A DNA stretch of 64,000 nucleotides, taken from Lama glama. Taxonomy: Eukaryota. The position numbers were made by a program, and so were the translations under genes. The stretch covers positions 54,126,001-54,190,000 of the forward strand of contig CM052851.1 in NCBI GenBank assembly GCA_028534125.1, read 5' to 3'. The notes under the pieces are model-generated. The model had not been told where the DNA came from. It did no database searches and saw only the letters and a program-made list of their open reading frames with translations. Of this stretch, positions 23,393-37,337 are shown one piece after another (position 1 is the stretch's first letter; every line of letters begins with the position of its first letter).

Positions 23393-26300
23393 TTAATTTC
23401 TCTAAAGTTTGATGGGATACCTGAGGGGTATACTTTGATAGAAGATGGTAGATTACTTGCATCAAATTTTTGCTTCCCACTGTTATTCAGGATCAACTAT
23501 ATTTAGTAGTAAAGTAGCAGGTAGGATCACAGGCCAGACCACATCTGAAAGCTGATTTATTGACCAGTGGACTTGGTGACATCTTCCAGTATTCTATGAG
23601 GCTTTGCCAAGATATATAGGGCTTCTGAACTCTGGTGTGCATCAGCAGGAGCTGAAAATCTCAGTTAAAGCTGCCAAAAGAGACTGAAAAGAGCTAGGTG
23701 GAGTCTTTGTGTCATCTAGAAGAAAAGCTGAATGTGTCGGAGGTGGACATTGGGTTGGTGATAACGGGTAGAGCTGATGAAAGGCATTCATGTTTTCCCA
23801 TTACTTTCAGGATTCTTTTGCTCTTTGCACTTTCTTGACCTCATCTACTTTGATAAGAAAGACTGTCTTCCAAGATATTGTTGCTTCTCAGTCTATTAGA
23901 GTTAAATGTCAAGGAGGCAACAGAAGAGAATTTGTGAATCTGAAGGGAGTTAGCAAATCCAAGGGGCAAAAGCCCTAGACAGGTGTAAATAGTCTCCTTA
24001 GTTTGATTCTGATGGGTTGCAGTCATGCTCCAAATGGTTTCTCTGTGATTCTCTGGAAGACCCCCCAAACACCATCCCCTAAATGGATGAAGGAAGTATC
24101 TTGAAGGAAGTATCTCACCTAACATAGTGTTCAGTGTTACAAAGGTCATCAGCCTCAGATGAGAATAACCCCTAGTAAGACAGGAGGCCGTGAGCAGAGC
24201 TGACAATAATAGTAAAGAATGTAACAGTCGTAAGAGTCTAACATATGAGGAATAAATAGCTCCTACACGCCACTCTGTGTGCTCAGTGTCTAGGACAGTT
24301 CCTGTTACATGCAGGCAGTCATTCAGCACCTTTGTCCCGTGACTGAATGACACTTTGATGGGTTACAGAGAATGGCCTCTATAGCCTCTAAGTTGTCAGT
24401 GTGCAGATACGAGTAAATGCCCAATCCCCAAATTTCCTGTCATCAACCTAACGTCAAACCATTAACAGAGCCATCCTCTTCCATTGTAGTTTTCCAGCAT
24501 AAGATGTTACAATACGCCAGGGACTGATTTTTAGTTTCATCTGAAGAAGAGTGATGAGGACATTAACATTTAGTCCCCATATATTAGGTACTGGGGCTTA
24601 ATGGTTAGGCAAGTTTGAGAGCGCAGGCTAGGAACAGGATTTGTTGAGAACTTCCTGAGTCCAGACTGGGCTGGGGAGTGGACTCGCCCACACACAGAAA
24701 AGTGGAAAGGGGAGTGGTGGTGAAAAGCCTGTGTCTGACCTGAGTGAGAAGGTTCTGAATCACAAAGGATCTGAAATATTCTGACACACGAGGAGCTGCA
24801 GCAGAGGCAAAATGATCTTCTGTCTGAAGCAGCCCGGGCTTAGACTCTATGCTCTGGCGGGCTGCCTATCTGCCTCTGTGCTGATGGAGATGATTTCCCT
24901 GCACTAAGTTGCTCTCGTTGTCAAAGCAGCAGCAAGAACATCCCGCAGACTTTGAAGTGAGTATGGTGCTTGCTGAGATAATGATGAATCACAGCCTTAG
25001 ATTTCAGGTTTATGAAGATACTGGCACAGATCCAGGCAGCGGTGCTGTCCCCAGTCTTAGCTGAAGATGAAACTGGACCAGGTCCCAGACTCCATCCGGA
25101 GCCCATTTTTTCCACACTTTTTCTCTTCAGGATGTTAAGTATTGATTTGGTCTGTTTTCTTCAAGTAAGGAGTACCGTATTCACCCATATAGCTGTTGCT
25201 TTCAGAAAATGGTCTTTTTTTTTTTTTTTTAGCACAGGGGAAGCAGGCTGAAAATTTGATGCGTCTTTTTATTCTAATTTGTGTTTCTGTGGTGAGACAT
25301 TACAACAGGCTCAGCATTTCTCCTCCCCTAGTATCAGGTGCCCTCTTCTATATTAGTTCGGACACAATGAAGTCTTGGACTTTCTGGCTGCGACTAGTGG
25401 GCCCCATAGGTCCTTACATCAGGCGGAGAGGCCAAGGTGGTGTTTGGTGCCATCTTTTGCCACAGAATGCTGCCAGCCTCCAGGTATTTCTCGCCACAAG
25501 GTGAAAAGTGAGAGCGTGGATGGATGAACATAGATTCACAGATGGGATTTTATTTGATTTCACTCAATTCAAGGTAATCAGCTCCCTTCCTGTTCTCCCC
25601 CATCCCATCCCCATTCAGCCCACTCAGCCCCTTCCATTCCATCTGTCTTGTCTATTTTGCAAGTTTCATTTCACTTATGTGGATGTAAAATTCTATTCTC
25701 TTCACTGAGCTCTCCGATGGGAGGACAAAACATCCTGCTAGCCATCCCAGGGTACTCAAAGATTAGTAAATCACAGGCAGCCCCTTATTAAAGTCACTTA
25801 GGGAATTTATCAGGCTGTCTTCAATTTTACCACTCCAAGTACCTCCCGTTGCTCCTCCTGGTCTTCCTCTCAGAGGCATCCCTTCTATGTCTCTTCCTTT
25901 GAGGCACTGTGAGAAGGAAGAAGGGAGCACCTAAGGAGAAAGGCTGGCATCTTGGGCTCTGACTAGTTCTTATTTCCCTGAAGCTCCAGAATGTGTCCAA
26001 TACAAGGCAGAGTTGTCACACTACACATCTGTTTAATTGGACATCTGTGTTGGCTGAATGAACAAGAACCTTGGCGCAGACCCTTCCCCTCTCTGGGTCT
26101 CAGCTTTGGGTTCTTGCAGACTAGGTGACTTGATTAATTAAAAAGTTTTTAGACTTTGGTAGAGATTCTGATTCAGAGACTGGTTCCAGCGGGATCAGAC
26201 TCTGAGAGGCAGGGTAGCACAACAATTAGAGGGCTTATAATGAGCACTTGGGAGAAGAGAAAATGGGGCAACTTATACACATGAGGGATTTTCTTGGAAA

Positions 26301-26829
26301 ATATTGTGTATGATTAACTGTCTTACCCAAGAAGAAGAAGAGGCCATATCAAATATGTGATTTATAGTATATTGCTTTGAATAAATGAATAAAAATAATT
26401 TTGTCATGGTCAATGAAAACTGTACACAAAAATATTTTGATTCCCAAGTATTATTAAACATTGTTATATAAGCAAGATAAGGTTGCCGAGATTAAAATGA
26501 TTAGTGCCTCTATATTCTCCATGGACCTTAGGAGGCATTAGCTTTACTTCTGGAGCTGCACAGAGGGCCAGCTTCTGGAGGGTATGCTGTTAAGGGTGCT
26601 GTTGAAGAGCATGTGTCTGCTGGGAAAATGCAAGAGCTGGAAACAGATCCTTTCCTAGCCCAGAAGAGCTGTGGGTAGATGGCACATCTCCCTTCTTAGT
26701 TTTCCAGATCCAACAATCAATCAGACCTCTTTTCTTCTTATTGCCAATCAGTAAATACCAATTGTCAATCTATTATGTTCCACGAAGTAGTGGTGAATAA
26801 GAGAGACTCTGTCCTCAGTAATATTTAAT

Positions 26830-27070
26830 ATTTATTATATGGTGGGCACTAAAACTCGACATGTAGTAACTCATGTAATCCTCACAACCTTAGAAGGCAG
26901 GCACTGTCATCATTTCCAGTTTAGAGATGTGAAAATAGAGGCACTGAGAAATCAAAATACTTGTCCAGATTTACAGCTACTTAAACAGGAGGGGAAGTGT
27001 GGCTGGAATTTGAATCCAGGCTTCAGGGCTCCAGAGCCCAAGCCCTAAACACTAACACTGTGCCACACCA
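26830..27070 (-). mobile_element. MIR SINE
   Basis: aatcctcacaacc...gaatttgaatccaggc...ctccagagccc. Confidence 0.75.
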
Positions 27071-27279
27071 TATATGCATACGGTGAGCCTGCTAAGAGCC
27101 TCTGGTTGAGTGTGCAATTCAGTTAACACACAGAGGTAGGTTAGAGAGGATTAAAACTGGCTATGAAACACCCAATAGGTAATTTATAAACCACTTTGCA
27201 GCACTTTTTTTTTCCATTCTGAGCTGTCCTGCTGCCTGAAAACCCCTTATATGTACCCATAGATTGGCGCCCTTAAAAA

Positions 27280-29930
27280 TACACTTCTGAGATATGATTT
27301 ACATAAGATGATATGCCCAGATCTTAAGTATACAGTTAAGTGAGTTTTCACGAATGGATACATTGGTACAGCCACCACTCCAAACAAGAATACTTTTATC
27401 GCCTAGGAAACTCTTCTGCGCACTCAGTCACCTCACCCTCTACTCTTTTTCTGTCCAGAGAATCTCTGATTTCTATTAACATAACTTAGTTTTGTCTGTT
27501 CTTTAATTTCTACATGTAACTGAAATCATGTAGCATGTACTCTTTTGCGTCTGGCTTTGTTCACCCTCCACGTTTTTAAGATTCATTCATTATATTGTGG
27601 GGGTTATTTTGCTTTTGTTTTATTACTGAGTCCATTGCATGAGTTTACCATACTTTTAAATTCGTTTACACGTTGACCGCTTTTTGAGTTGTTTCTAGTT
27701 TTTTGGCTATTATGAATAAAGTTTCTATGAACATTTTTATACTTTGTGTGAACACATTTTCTTTTCTTTCGAGTAAATACCTAGGAGTTGAATTGCTGGG
27801 TCTTGCGGCAAGTGTAAGATTAACCAAACTGTTTACTGAAGTGTTTGCATCTTTTTTCATTCCTACCAGCAAGCAATCTAGGATAGTTACGGTGGATCCA
27901 TATCCTCACCAATATTTCGTATTATTGATCTTTTTAACTATTCTAGTAGCTGGGAAGTGGCATCTCATTATAGTTTTGATTTGCATTTCTCTGATGACTA
28001 ACGATGTTAAATATCTTTTCACGTGTTTCTCGGACACTTGTGTATCTTCTTTTGAGAAATGCTTGCTTGAATCTTTTGCCCACTATTTAATTTGCCTGAC
28101 TTTCAAAATACTAAATTCTAGGGGTTCTTTACATATTTCAAATTCCAGTTTTTTGCTTAATTTATGCATTATGATTTTCCCCCCAATCTGTGTTTTATCT
28201 TTTGTTTCCTTAATAGTGTATTTTGAAGAAGTTTTAAATTGGGCTGAAATACAATTTAACAATCTTTTCTTTCATAGCTGATGCTTTTTGTGTCCTAGGT
28301 AACATGCTTTACACTAAGGATATGGAGATATTTCTCATCATTTTCCTCTAGCAGTTTTATAGTTTTAGCTTTTATGCTTAAGTTTGTGATCCATCTTGAA
28401 TTAATTTTTGCATATTGTGTGAGGCAGAAGTCTGGATCAAATTGTATTATGTTGATACCAAGGTTTCCCAGTAATGTTTGTTAAAAAGAGAGTAATTTTC
28501 TTATGGAAATACCTTGGAAGCTTTGTTGAAAATAAATTAATGCATATGTGTGAGCCTGTCTTTGGGCTACCTTCTTTCCTTTGCTCTACCTACGTGTTCT
28601 TCACATCTATCACAATGACTTGGTTATTGTAGCCTTTTAGTAAATCTTGAAATCAGGTTGCATAATTCTTCCAATTCTGTTCATTTTCAAAATTGTTTTG
28701 GCTATTCAAAGTCCTTTGTATTTCCACATATAGTTTAGCATCAGCTTGCCATACCTGCTGAGATTTTGACAAGATGAATTTGGGCAGACTTGGCAACTTT
28801 ATAATATTGAACCCTCCTATTTATGAATAAAGCTTATTTTTCCTAAATTTATCTGTCTCCTTTAGCTTCTCTCTGTAATGTTTTACAACTTACAATGTAG
28901 AGATTCTACACATTTTTGCTAAATATATTCCAAAGTATTTTACATTTTTAGATGCTATTGTAAGTGCTATTGCTTTTCAATTTTTATTTTTTCAATTATT
29001 TTTCCTACTATGTATAAGTGCAATTGACTTTTGGATATTAAATTTGTATCCTGTGTCTTTGCTAAATTCTTTTATTGAAAGCAGTAGGTTTTTGGGTAGA
29101 TTCCTTAAGAGTTCCTATGTAAGCAATCATACTGTCTATTATAAAGATAGTTTTAACTACCTTAGTCTAATCTTCGTATATTTTACATTTTTATTTTGAC
29201 TTATTGTACTGGCTAGAATTTCTGGTGCAGTGTTGAATAGAAATGCTGAAAATGGATCAATATGTCCCAGTCTTAATTGTAGAGGAATAGCATTTAATAT
29301 TTCATTATTAAGTATGATGTTAGTTGGAAGATTTCTGTAGATACTCCCTATCAAGTTGAGAAAATATTCTTCAATATTCCTCTAGTTTTTCTTTGCTGAG
29401 AGATATTTTTTAACATCAATGAGTGTTGATTTCTGTCAAATGCTTTTCTTGAGTCTATTACCAGGATCATATTTTTTTCCTTTATTCTGTTTATACAGTG
29501 TACTAAATCAATTGATTTATTAATGTTGCACCAAGCTTGTAGGATGTCTCACTTGGTCATACTAATATTACCTTTTTTTTAACGCTTTTTATATATTGCT
29601 AGATTTCATTTACCATTATTTTTGATTTAGAATTTTTGCACCTATGTTAATGAGGGATTTAAAAAAAAATCCTCAAGGATTTGTTACCAGAATTATACTA
29701 GCCTTATAAAATGAGTTGGGAAGAGGATATTTTCTGAAAATGTCTAAGTATTTGTATATTAAGATTTTCTATTTCATCTTGTTTTAGTTTGGCAAGTCGC
29801 ATTTTAAAGAAATTTGTCCATTTTATCTAAGCAGTCAAATTAGTTTGCATAAAATTGTTCATAAAATATCATCATTATTCTGTGACTATGAGATCTCTAA
29901 TGATGCATATAATTTCTCTTATCTCTTACT
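27280..29930 (-). mobile_element. Old L1M element: 3' UTR plus decayed ORF2 3' half
   Basis: ORF 29157-29354(-) IYRNLPTNIILNNEILNAIPL...FLFNTAPEILASTISQ resembles the L1 RT motif IYDKPTANIILNG...LLFNIVLEVLARAIRQ; L1M 3' UTR near 27290. Confidence 0.9.
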
Positions 29931-29964
29931 GTTTCTCACAATTAAACTAGCCTCGCTTTTTCCA

Positions 29965-30802
29965 AGACACAGTTAAGAGACTGAAAAGACTAGCCACAGA
30001 CTGGAAAAAGACATTTGCCAATCATATACCCAATAAGGAACTTTTGTACAGAATATGTAAAGTACATTCAACACTCAATAATGATGAAATAATTGATATA
30101 ACAAAAAGTGGGTAAAAGTTTTGAACAGAAACTTCACCAAAGAGGATATACACATGGTAACTAAACATGTGAAAAGTGCTGTTGGTACTTAGGGAAAGCC
30201 AAATTAAAACAAAAACGAGTTAATGTTACATACCACTTAGAATGGTTGAAATTAAAAAGACTAGCCATATCAAGTGTTGGCAAGGGTATGGAGTAACTGG
30301 AACTCTCATACAATGCTGGTGGTGATGAAAAAATGTTTTAAAAAAGTTATACATAAACCTACCATAATTCAGTCATACCACTCAAGAGAAAGAAAAGCAT
30401 ATATCCGTATAAAGATTTATACATAAGTATTCAGAGAAGCTTTATTTGTATTATTTGTATTATTTATATGGACGACAACATGCATGAATCCCAAAATAAT
30501 TAAGCTGAGTGAAAAAAAGAATATGTCATGTATGATTCCATTTACATAAATTCTAAATAATGCAGTCTAATCTAGAGTGACAGAAAGCAGACCAGTGATT
30601 GCCTGGCATGAAGAATGGTGGGTGGTAAGACTACAAAGGTGCATAATGAGTCTATTGAGGGTAATGGATATGCTTATTATTTTGACTGTGGTGATGGTTT
30701 CACAGGTATATACATATATGACAAAATTTATTAAATTTTACTCTGTAACTATGTATTATTTATTGTATATTACTTACAACCCAATAAAACATTTTAAAAA
30801 AC
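29965..30802 (+). mobile_element. 5'-truncated L1MC/MD-type 3' fragment
   Basis: gccacagactggaaaaagacatttgc...aacttcaccaaagaggatata...gacagaaagcagaccagtg...aataaaacatttt. Confidence 0.85.
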
Positions 30803-32129
30803 TATAGATATTATGCAACTTTCAGGAGAAATTCATTATTTATATCTCTGCTTAGGATGAGAGATACATGCTAGGCAAAACAAATCTAACCATCTAGAAA
30901 TATTTTTATCATTTAAATATCTTCATGCAAATAGAGCTACGTTATACATACAGTGTGATTGTAGCCCTGACGATAGAAAACAGAAAAATGTAAGTTCAAG
31001 AAGCTGAAACCTTGGCTCCCACTGGCACTTTGTTAGTAAGTGTGTATAGCTGGAGCCATGCATTTTCATAATGTTAATGATGAACATAATTGTTGAGTTG
31101 AATTTTAAGTCTTGAAACTAAAATAGCTATCACTGAGAGCTATGTGGAGCCCAATTAGAAACGAATTGAATTGTAAGTCTAAGTTGCTGAATATAGTAAT
31201 ATGGTGGCAGATGTACGGTGATTAGTTTGCAGCACTAAGCCTTTCACTTTGTGACTTTCGTAATGCCTTCTAAAAGAGGAGAAGTAGCTATGGACAGGCA
31301 GTATGGGACTTGGAATCTGCAGTGTTTTTAGGATTTATTTTTCTGCAGTAAACCAGGGCTTGAATGTTGGCAAGCAATGCTGGTGACAGAAGATTTTGGC
31401 TCAGGAATCACAGACTATAGTGTGTGTGGTAGTGAAAGAGCTAGATGCTAAAGTTGGGCAATGAAATGTATGGCTTTTGAGTGGGATGTCAATACATAAA
31501 GGAATAATTCCACTGATTTGCTGGTAACAGATAACTGAAAAGTTACCATGACAGTTAGCCAAACTTTAAATCAAGTTCTCAGAATATTCATAATCTTAAG
31601 GAGTAGTACCAAGAAGAGTAATTTGGGTAAACTTGGGTTGGAATCCCAAATTCATCTCCCACCACCTGTATAATCATTATCAAAATGCCTGGTTTCCTGA
31701 TCTATGAAATGGAAGTAATGCCTACCTTTATAAGAGGAGAGAAAGAAGAGGTATGTGTATGAAGTATCTAATACTCAAGGTCACTTACCCTAACATGAGA
31801 ATTTGCTCAATGCTGCAAAAAGGATCTAAAAGGGGCAAGACACATACTGCACTTTCAACCTCTACTTTGCAGGGCTCTGATAAGAATTAAAGCTGCTCTC
31901 TATAAATAGTGCCTTGTATAGTGCCTTGCACATAACATGAAGTAGGTGTTAGAGAAACTTGGGTAGGGATCTGAACTAGGAGTCAGAGGATCTGGTCCTA
32001 GAAGAAAGAAGTTCTACCACCTAACAGCTGTGTGCTCTCGAGCAACTCACTGGTCACTTCTCCTTTCTGAGCTAATGACTGCTAATGCGGCTTCTATCTT
32101 CATAATTGTATAACTTGCTTCCCTCTTCT

Positions 32130-32790
32130 GTTCTTAACTTTTTAATCGTGATAAAGAAAACAATACAAAGAATAAAAGTTCAAGCAGTGAATGGAGAATG
32201 AAATATTGGTCTCTGTTATCCAGAGCCTTATATTATCAACTGTCTTTTGTGTATTTTTTCAGGAAATGTCTATGCTATCTCTGTGCTTGTGTGTTTACTT
32301 TTACACAATAAGATACATATATTGTTCTAAACCTACTGTTCTATACTTTAATCAGCTTCCCCCCAAGTACCAGTTTATCTTGAAGATCTTTCCATATCAG
32401 CACATACAAATCTGCTAACATTAAGTCCATGTCAATGACATTATAATGGCTGCATTATATTCCAAATCAATGGAAGTAATATTGTTTATTTAATTGATTC
32501 CCCATTAATAGACATATAGGTTATTTTTCTTTGCTTTTAAAAATAATGCAGCAAACATCTGTGCACCTTATTTTTTGCATATGCATACATTTATTTGTAA
32601 GATGGTTTTTTTTAGAAGTTGAATTGCTGGATCAAAGGGTGTGTATAGCAAAATTTTGATAAATATTTACAAATTGTTCTCCAAAGAGGATGAACCAATT
32701 TATATATGGCCACTACTATGTGTTTGTAATGATTTCCCCACACACTTATCAACCCTGTGATAACTTTGGTTTTCGTAAAGAGCAATTTTT
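32130..32790 (-). mobile_element. L1ME-type 3' fragment
   Basis: ttagaagttgaattgctggatcaaagggt...caaattgttctccaaagagg. Confidence 0.7.
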
Positions 32791-33060
32791 TATTGACATA
32801 ATTCAGTTTACCTTCCACTAGTCTCATTTTTTCCCAGTAGAAACAACTTGATTCAACAAATATTTAATCTTGTAAAACTTCATTCTATGTGAAGTATAGA
32901 ATTAGATGCTTGGAGAAGTTAAAATTCATTAGATACAGTCTCTGCCCCTGACCAGATGCTAACACTGTTGAGGGAGGCAGACACACTCTGGCCTCAGATT
33001 ACCTTTCCCACCTTGTCTATTTGTAATAACTTCTGTGACCATTGTGGGCTGAAAATGAGC

Positions 33061-33153
33061 AAGTTTCATGAATATTTTAAGTGAGTACTAGAAGTTTCAT
33101 GAATATGTTAAGTAGGTGTGAGAATTTCCATGAATATATTAAGCAGGAGAATG
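33061..33153 (+). repeat. Three diverged 31-bp tandem units with core TCATGAATA..TTAAG
   Basis: aagtttcatgaatattttaagtgagtactag / aagtttcatgaatatgttaagtaggtgtgag / aatttccatgaatatattaagcaggagaatg. Confidence 0.85.
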
Positions 33154-33574
33154 ATTAGCATGGATAGTGCAGCCACAGCTCACTAACCTCCATCTCCCAC
33201 ACACTCATTTACTCCTATCTGCATTTTTTTTTCACTGCTATGAGCTACTACAGGAGATGTGATTGGGAATTTATGATTTATCATGCCACTTTCACAGCCC
33301 TTCCAGGTTAGTGGACTTACTATCCCAACTGTCTATAACTACATTGTAAAGGTTCTGCATCACTATGGAAAAGAAAGACCCTCTGAAAAACAATGATGTC
33401 TTTAAAGAGCAGCAATATGCCATAATCAGGACAACAAACAAAATATTTGAGGCATATTTTGGGGTGGCCTACCCTGAGCCCCAAGAGTGGGCAAAGCAGC
33501 ACACTGTATAGGTCCTTGAATGCTATGCTGAGGAATTACACGTATTCTACAGGCAATGAAAATCTATTAATATT

Positions 33575-33984
33575 CTTTTTTTTAACTTTTTTTCATTGAG
33601 TTATAGTCATTTTACAATTTTGTGTCAAATTCCAGTGTAGAGCACAATTTTTCAGTTATACATGAACATACATATATTCATTGTCACATTTTTTTTTTGC
33701 TGTAAGCTACCACAAGATCTTGTATATACTTCCCTGTGCTATAAAGTATAATCTTGTTTACCTATTCTACATATGCCTCTCAGTATCTACAAATTTTGAA
33801 ATCCTAGCCTGTCCCTTCCCACCCCCCCGCCCCCTTGGCAACCACAAGTTTGTATTCTATGTCTATGAGTCTGTTTCTGTTTTGTATTTATGTTCTTGTT
33901 TTTTTTCTTTTATTTTAGATTCCACATATGAGCAATCTCATATGGTATTTTTCTTTCTCTTTCTGGCTTACTTCACTTGGAATG
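33575..33984 (-). mobile_element. Young lineage-specific L1 3' end (camelid L1_Vpa-like), running into an N gap
   Basis: Poly-T then cattgagttatagtcattttacaat...ccccttggcaaccacaagtttgtattctatgtctatgagtctgtttctg...tagattccacatatgag. Confidence 0.85.
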
Positions 33985-34163
33985 NNNNNNNNNNNNNNNN
34001 NNNNNNNNNNNNNNNNNNNNNNNNNNNNNNNNNNNNNNNNNNNNNNNNNNNNNNNNNNNNNNNNNNNNNNNNNNNNNNNNNNNNNNNNNNNNNNNNNNNN
34101 NNNNNNNNNNNNNNNNNNNNNNNNNNNNNNNNNNNNNNNNNNNNNNNNNNNNNNNNNNNNNNN
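33985..34163. other. Assembly gap (N run)
   Basis: 179 N. Confidence 1.
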
Positions 34164-35466
34164 AAGGGAAATGTTGACTCATTTCAATTGCAGGAGACAG
34201 AGGGTGACTTAGAGGCAAAAGATTCTCAAGAAGGCTACTGAGGGTGAGAGAAATGTGGGCCTACATTAGAACCTTGATTGTGGGGAAAGAAACAGCAGGT
34301 GCATATCTGAGTTGAGCTGAGTAATATAACCCATGTTGGATATAGGAGATCAGGGTGAAATAAGTAGTAGATAATGCTAAAGCTTGCTTCCAGAGCAATT
34401 GAAAGGATGGTCTCATCAGAAACGGACAGAAGAGTAAGTTTAGAGAGATAAGGAGTTCTCTGGACTTGTTAGGAGTGAGAGGTAATAGAATATACAGGTG
34501 CCTACATGACCCTGTGCCTGGAAAAGGGAACCTGAAATCAGAGGACAGATTGGTAGTGCCCCACCAAAGAGACAGTCAAAGCCAACAGAGTTAGTGTGCA
34601 TGGATTCAGTGGGTGGTTTCTGTTCTTGGTATAGGGAAATGTTCACCACTAACATTTATTTCATGTGACCATGTAAATCACTATAGTGGATCTGAAATGG
34701 CTGGTGGAGATGGCTTGTAGCCAAAAGAAAATGTGTTAATTTGTCCCAGCCATTGTTACTCATAAAATATTAAGAAGTGAAAGAAAGGAGGAGACTGCTA
34801 ATATTGTCTTTACTTCTGAGGGTGTTTCCCAATCACTCAGGATCCAAAGTTGGGCATTAGCTCCTGCCTGTTCACATGGAAGCATCATTCCCAAGATGCA
34901 CCACATCCTCAGGTTGCACTGTTATTAAAGATTTGGAATCAGTGGGGAGAAAGGGAAAGTTGGAGAGCAATAAAACTAATTTCTTGAAGACTCTTGGCTT
35001 CCTTCCTTTGATAGGGTATATCCCAAAGTAAGAATATTTCTCACTTGACATTTTTTGCTTCTCCCCAGACTGATGTTCAAGTATGCCAAGTAGTAGTATT
35101 TTAAGACCAAATCAAATTATACCTATGACACATTTTTATTTCTAATTTTGTCAGGTGTATCTTATAATATCTTAAAGGTAGATGTAAAAAATTAGTATCC
35201 TCTCCCATTCTCCCTAGACATTTTTTCATGGATTCAAAATCTGTAAAATAAAATGTCCTAGTAAGTAGAAGAAATACCTACTAATTCTAAAGAAGTGTTG
35301 TATCTATTATCAATGGGGCATAACTGAGAAAAGTAACATGCTTATTGTAATAAAATACAAATTGAAGTTTTCAGCTCAAGAATGCCCCCACTCCCCATCA
35401 ACAAATCCACTCTTTCTATGTTCGGACAGTTCATAGTGTTTGGTGTTTATCTCTTCGGACCTTTTA

Positions 35467-35599
35467 NNNNNNNNNNNNNNNNNNNNNNNNNNNNNNNNNN
35501 NNNNNNNNNNNNNNNNNNNNNNNNNNNNNNNNNNNNNNNNNNNNNNNNNNNNNNNNNNNNNNNNNNNNNNNNNNNNNNNNNNNNNNNNNNNNNNNNNNN
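35467..35599. other. Assembly gap (N run)
   Basis: 133 N. Confidence 1.
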
Positions 35600-35869
35600 C
35601 ATACATATGGTAAAATATATAGTTTAAAGAAAAATAAAACATGGATATTCCTCAATCTTTTTATTGTTTATATATTATCCCATAGTATAGGTGTACCATA
35701 ATTTATTTAGCTGTTCCTTTTATGATAAACATTTAGGTTGTCAATAAGAAAGTCTTCATTTAAAAGAAGTATCAGCTAGGGATGCTAGTCAGTGCAAATT
35801 AAGTCAACTGGTGACTGAAAAATAAATTCATTTAAAATTTCTATTTTAAAAACCATACTTAAATTTGCT

Positions 35870-36340
35870 AAAATACTTGTTCCCATGATGATACTGTTGA
35901 TGGAAAAGACAAGAGGAAATGACCACTCTCAGATTCTGCTAGGAAATATGGAAATTAATGTATTTTTGCTGAGAAGGAATTTGGCCATGTGTATCAAGAG
36001 TTTTAAAATGATTTATCACCTTTGATCCAGTAATTCCATTTCTAGGGATTAATCTCAAAGTAATATTAAGTGTTATAGAAAAAGATTTATGGATCTAGAT
36101 ACTTAAGAGTCTTATTTATTATAGAAAAAACATGAAAACAAATACTAACTAGTGTTTAAGTAAATCACAGCACATTAATATGACTGAATTGTAGCTTGCA
36201 GCCAATATAATCATGCTTTAAAAAATTTAATTGCATGAAAAACGCTTACAATACAATGCCAAATGAAAAAAGTGGTGTTATCTCTTGAAATGTCTTCTTT
36301 ACATTTTAAAATTTCATTTTTCATAAGAAAGACAGTTTTA
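35870..36340 (+). mobile_element. L1ME-type 3' fragment
   Basis: cacctttgatccagtaattccatttctagggattaatctcaaag. Confidence 0.7.
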
Positions 36341-37337
36341 CATAAAGAATAAACATTACTATGATAATTTGTGCTAAAAGCTGTAACAGGTGTTTATAAA
36401 GGGAATGTCCTAGCTTCTTCCTGCTGACACAGCTTATGGAAATGAATGAGGTTTCTAGGGGTGTCTTCCAGTAGGGGAGGACCATTTTGTTTCAGTTTTT
36501 TTTGGTGAGTTGGGACATCTATGGCTATACACCCTGGGGAAGGAAGGTCTCACTCTGTGTAAGAGGATGAAAGACTCACTAGAGGACTGTAGAGTATAAC
36601 AGGTCTTTTGCTCAGTTGAGGCTTCTTGTGTGTTTCTTCAGATACAAATCACACCTTCCTCTCATCCCCTGACAGCATTGCTCCCAAGACTGAGACAGAG
36701 GACAAAGCCCAAATCCACCACTCTGAAAACATTTTATAGATTTGTATTCTAGGTGAAAGCATATGTTGGAAAATTGCTGTTCAAATCTCAAAGTTTTGTG
36801 ACTTAAAGGCAAATATTAGAGAAGTGATTTTCCTCCTTGATGTTAGAAAGAAAGCAGAAGTCTCAGAATTCTAACAGTTGAGAAGTAGTGAGGGAGCACA
36901 CAGTTTTATGTAGGGGTTATTTTATTTGAAACATAAATTCTATTACTTTGATCATAATTCCTGGTATTTTAAATTTTTAACTTAAAAAATGTTTGAAAAT
37001 TCTGATCTGCAGTTCCAATAAAACTGCTAATAGTTTATTTCACTGGACCATGCAATTAAGACACCTACCATTACTTGACAGCAGCATTCTTACATGTCAG
37101 TGTTACCTTTTATAATGGTTAAAAAGGCCTGTAAGTTGAATAAGCAAATGTGAAATATAAGATGGATGACTGTAGGAAACTGGTTCCCTGATTTCCAGCT
37201 GTTCACTGAAGGGTTTTATGTGTCCTAACCTCTTCCCTGCTCCCTCTTCATCTCCCCCTTCTTCTCCTTCCCCTCCTTCTTCTTCTTCCTTATTTCAAAT
37301 AGCTCATTCCTCACCCAAACTGTGATTCTAGTGAATT

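Noticed and set aside
27703-28281. Longest ORF (192 aa, + strand, hydrophobic)
   Set aside because: It is antisense to L1 ORF2/3' UTR; T-rich antisense L1 often yields such ORFs
33061-33153. Repeat-spacer appearance suggesting a CRISPR-like array
   Set aside because: Mammalian DNA, degenerate units, ~10-bp related spacers and no cas genes
33681-34241. ORFs spanning N runs (also near 35.4, 43.8 and 53.0 kb)
   Set aside because: Artefacts of translating through gaps
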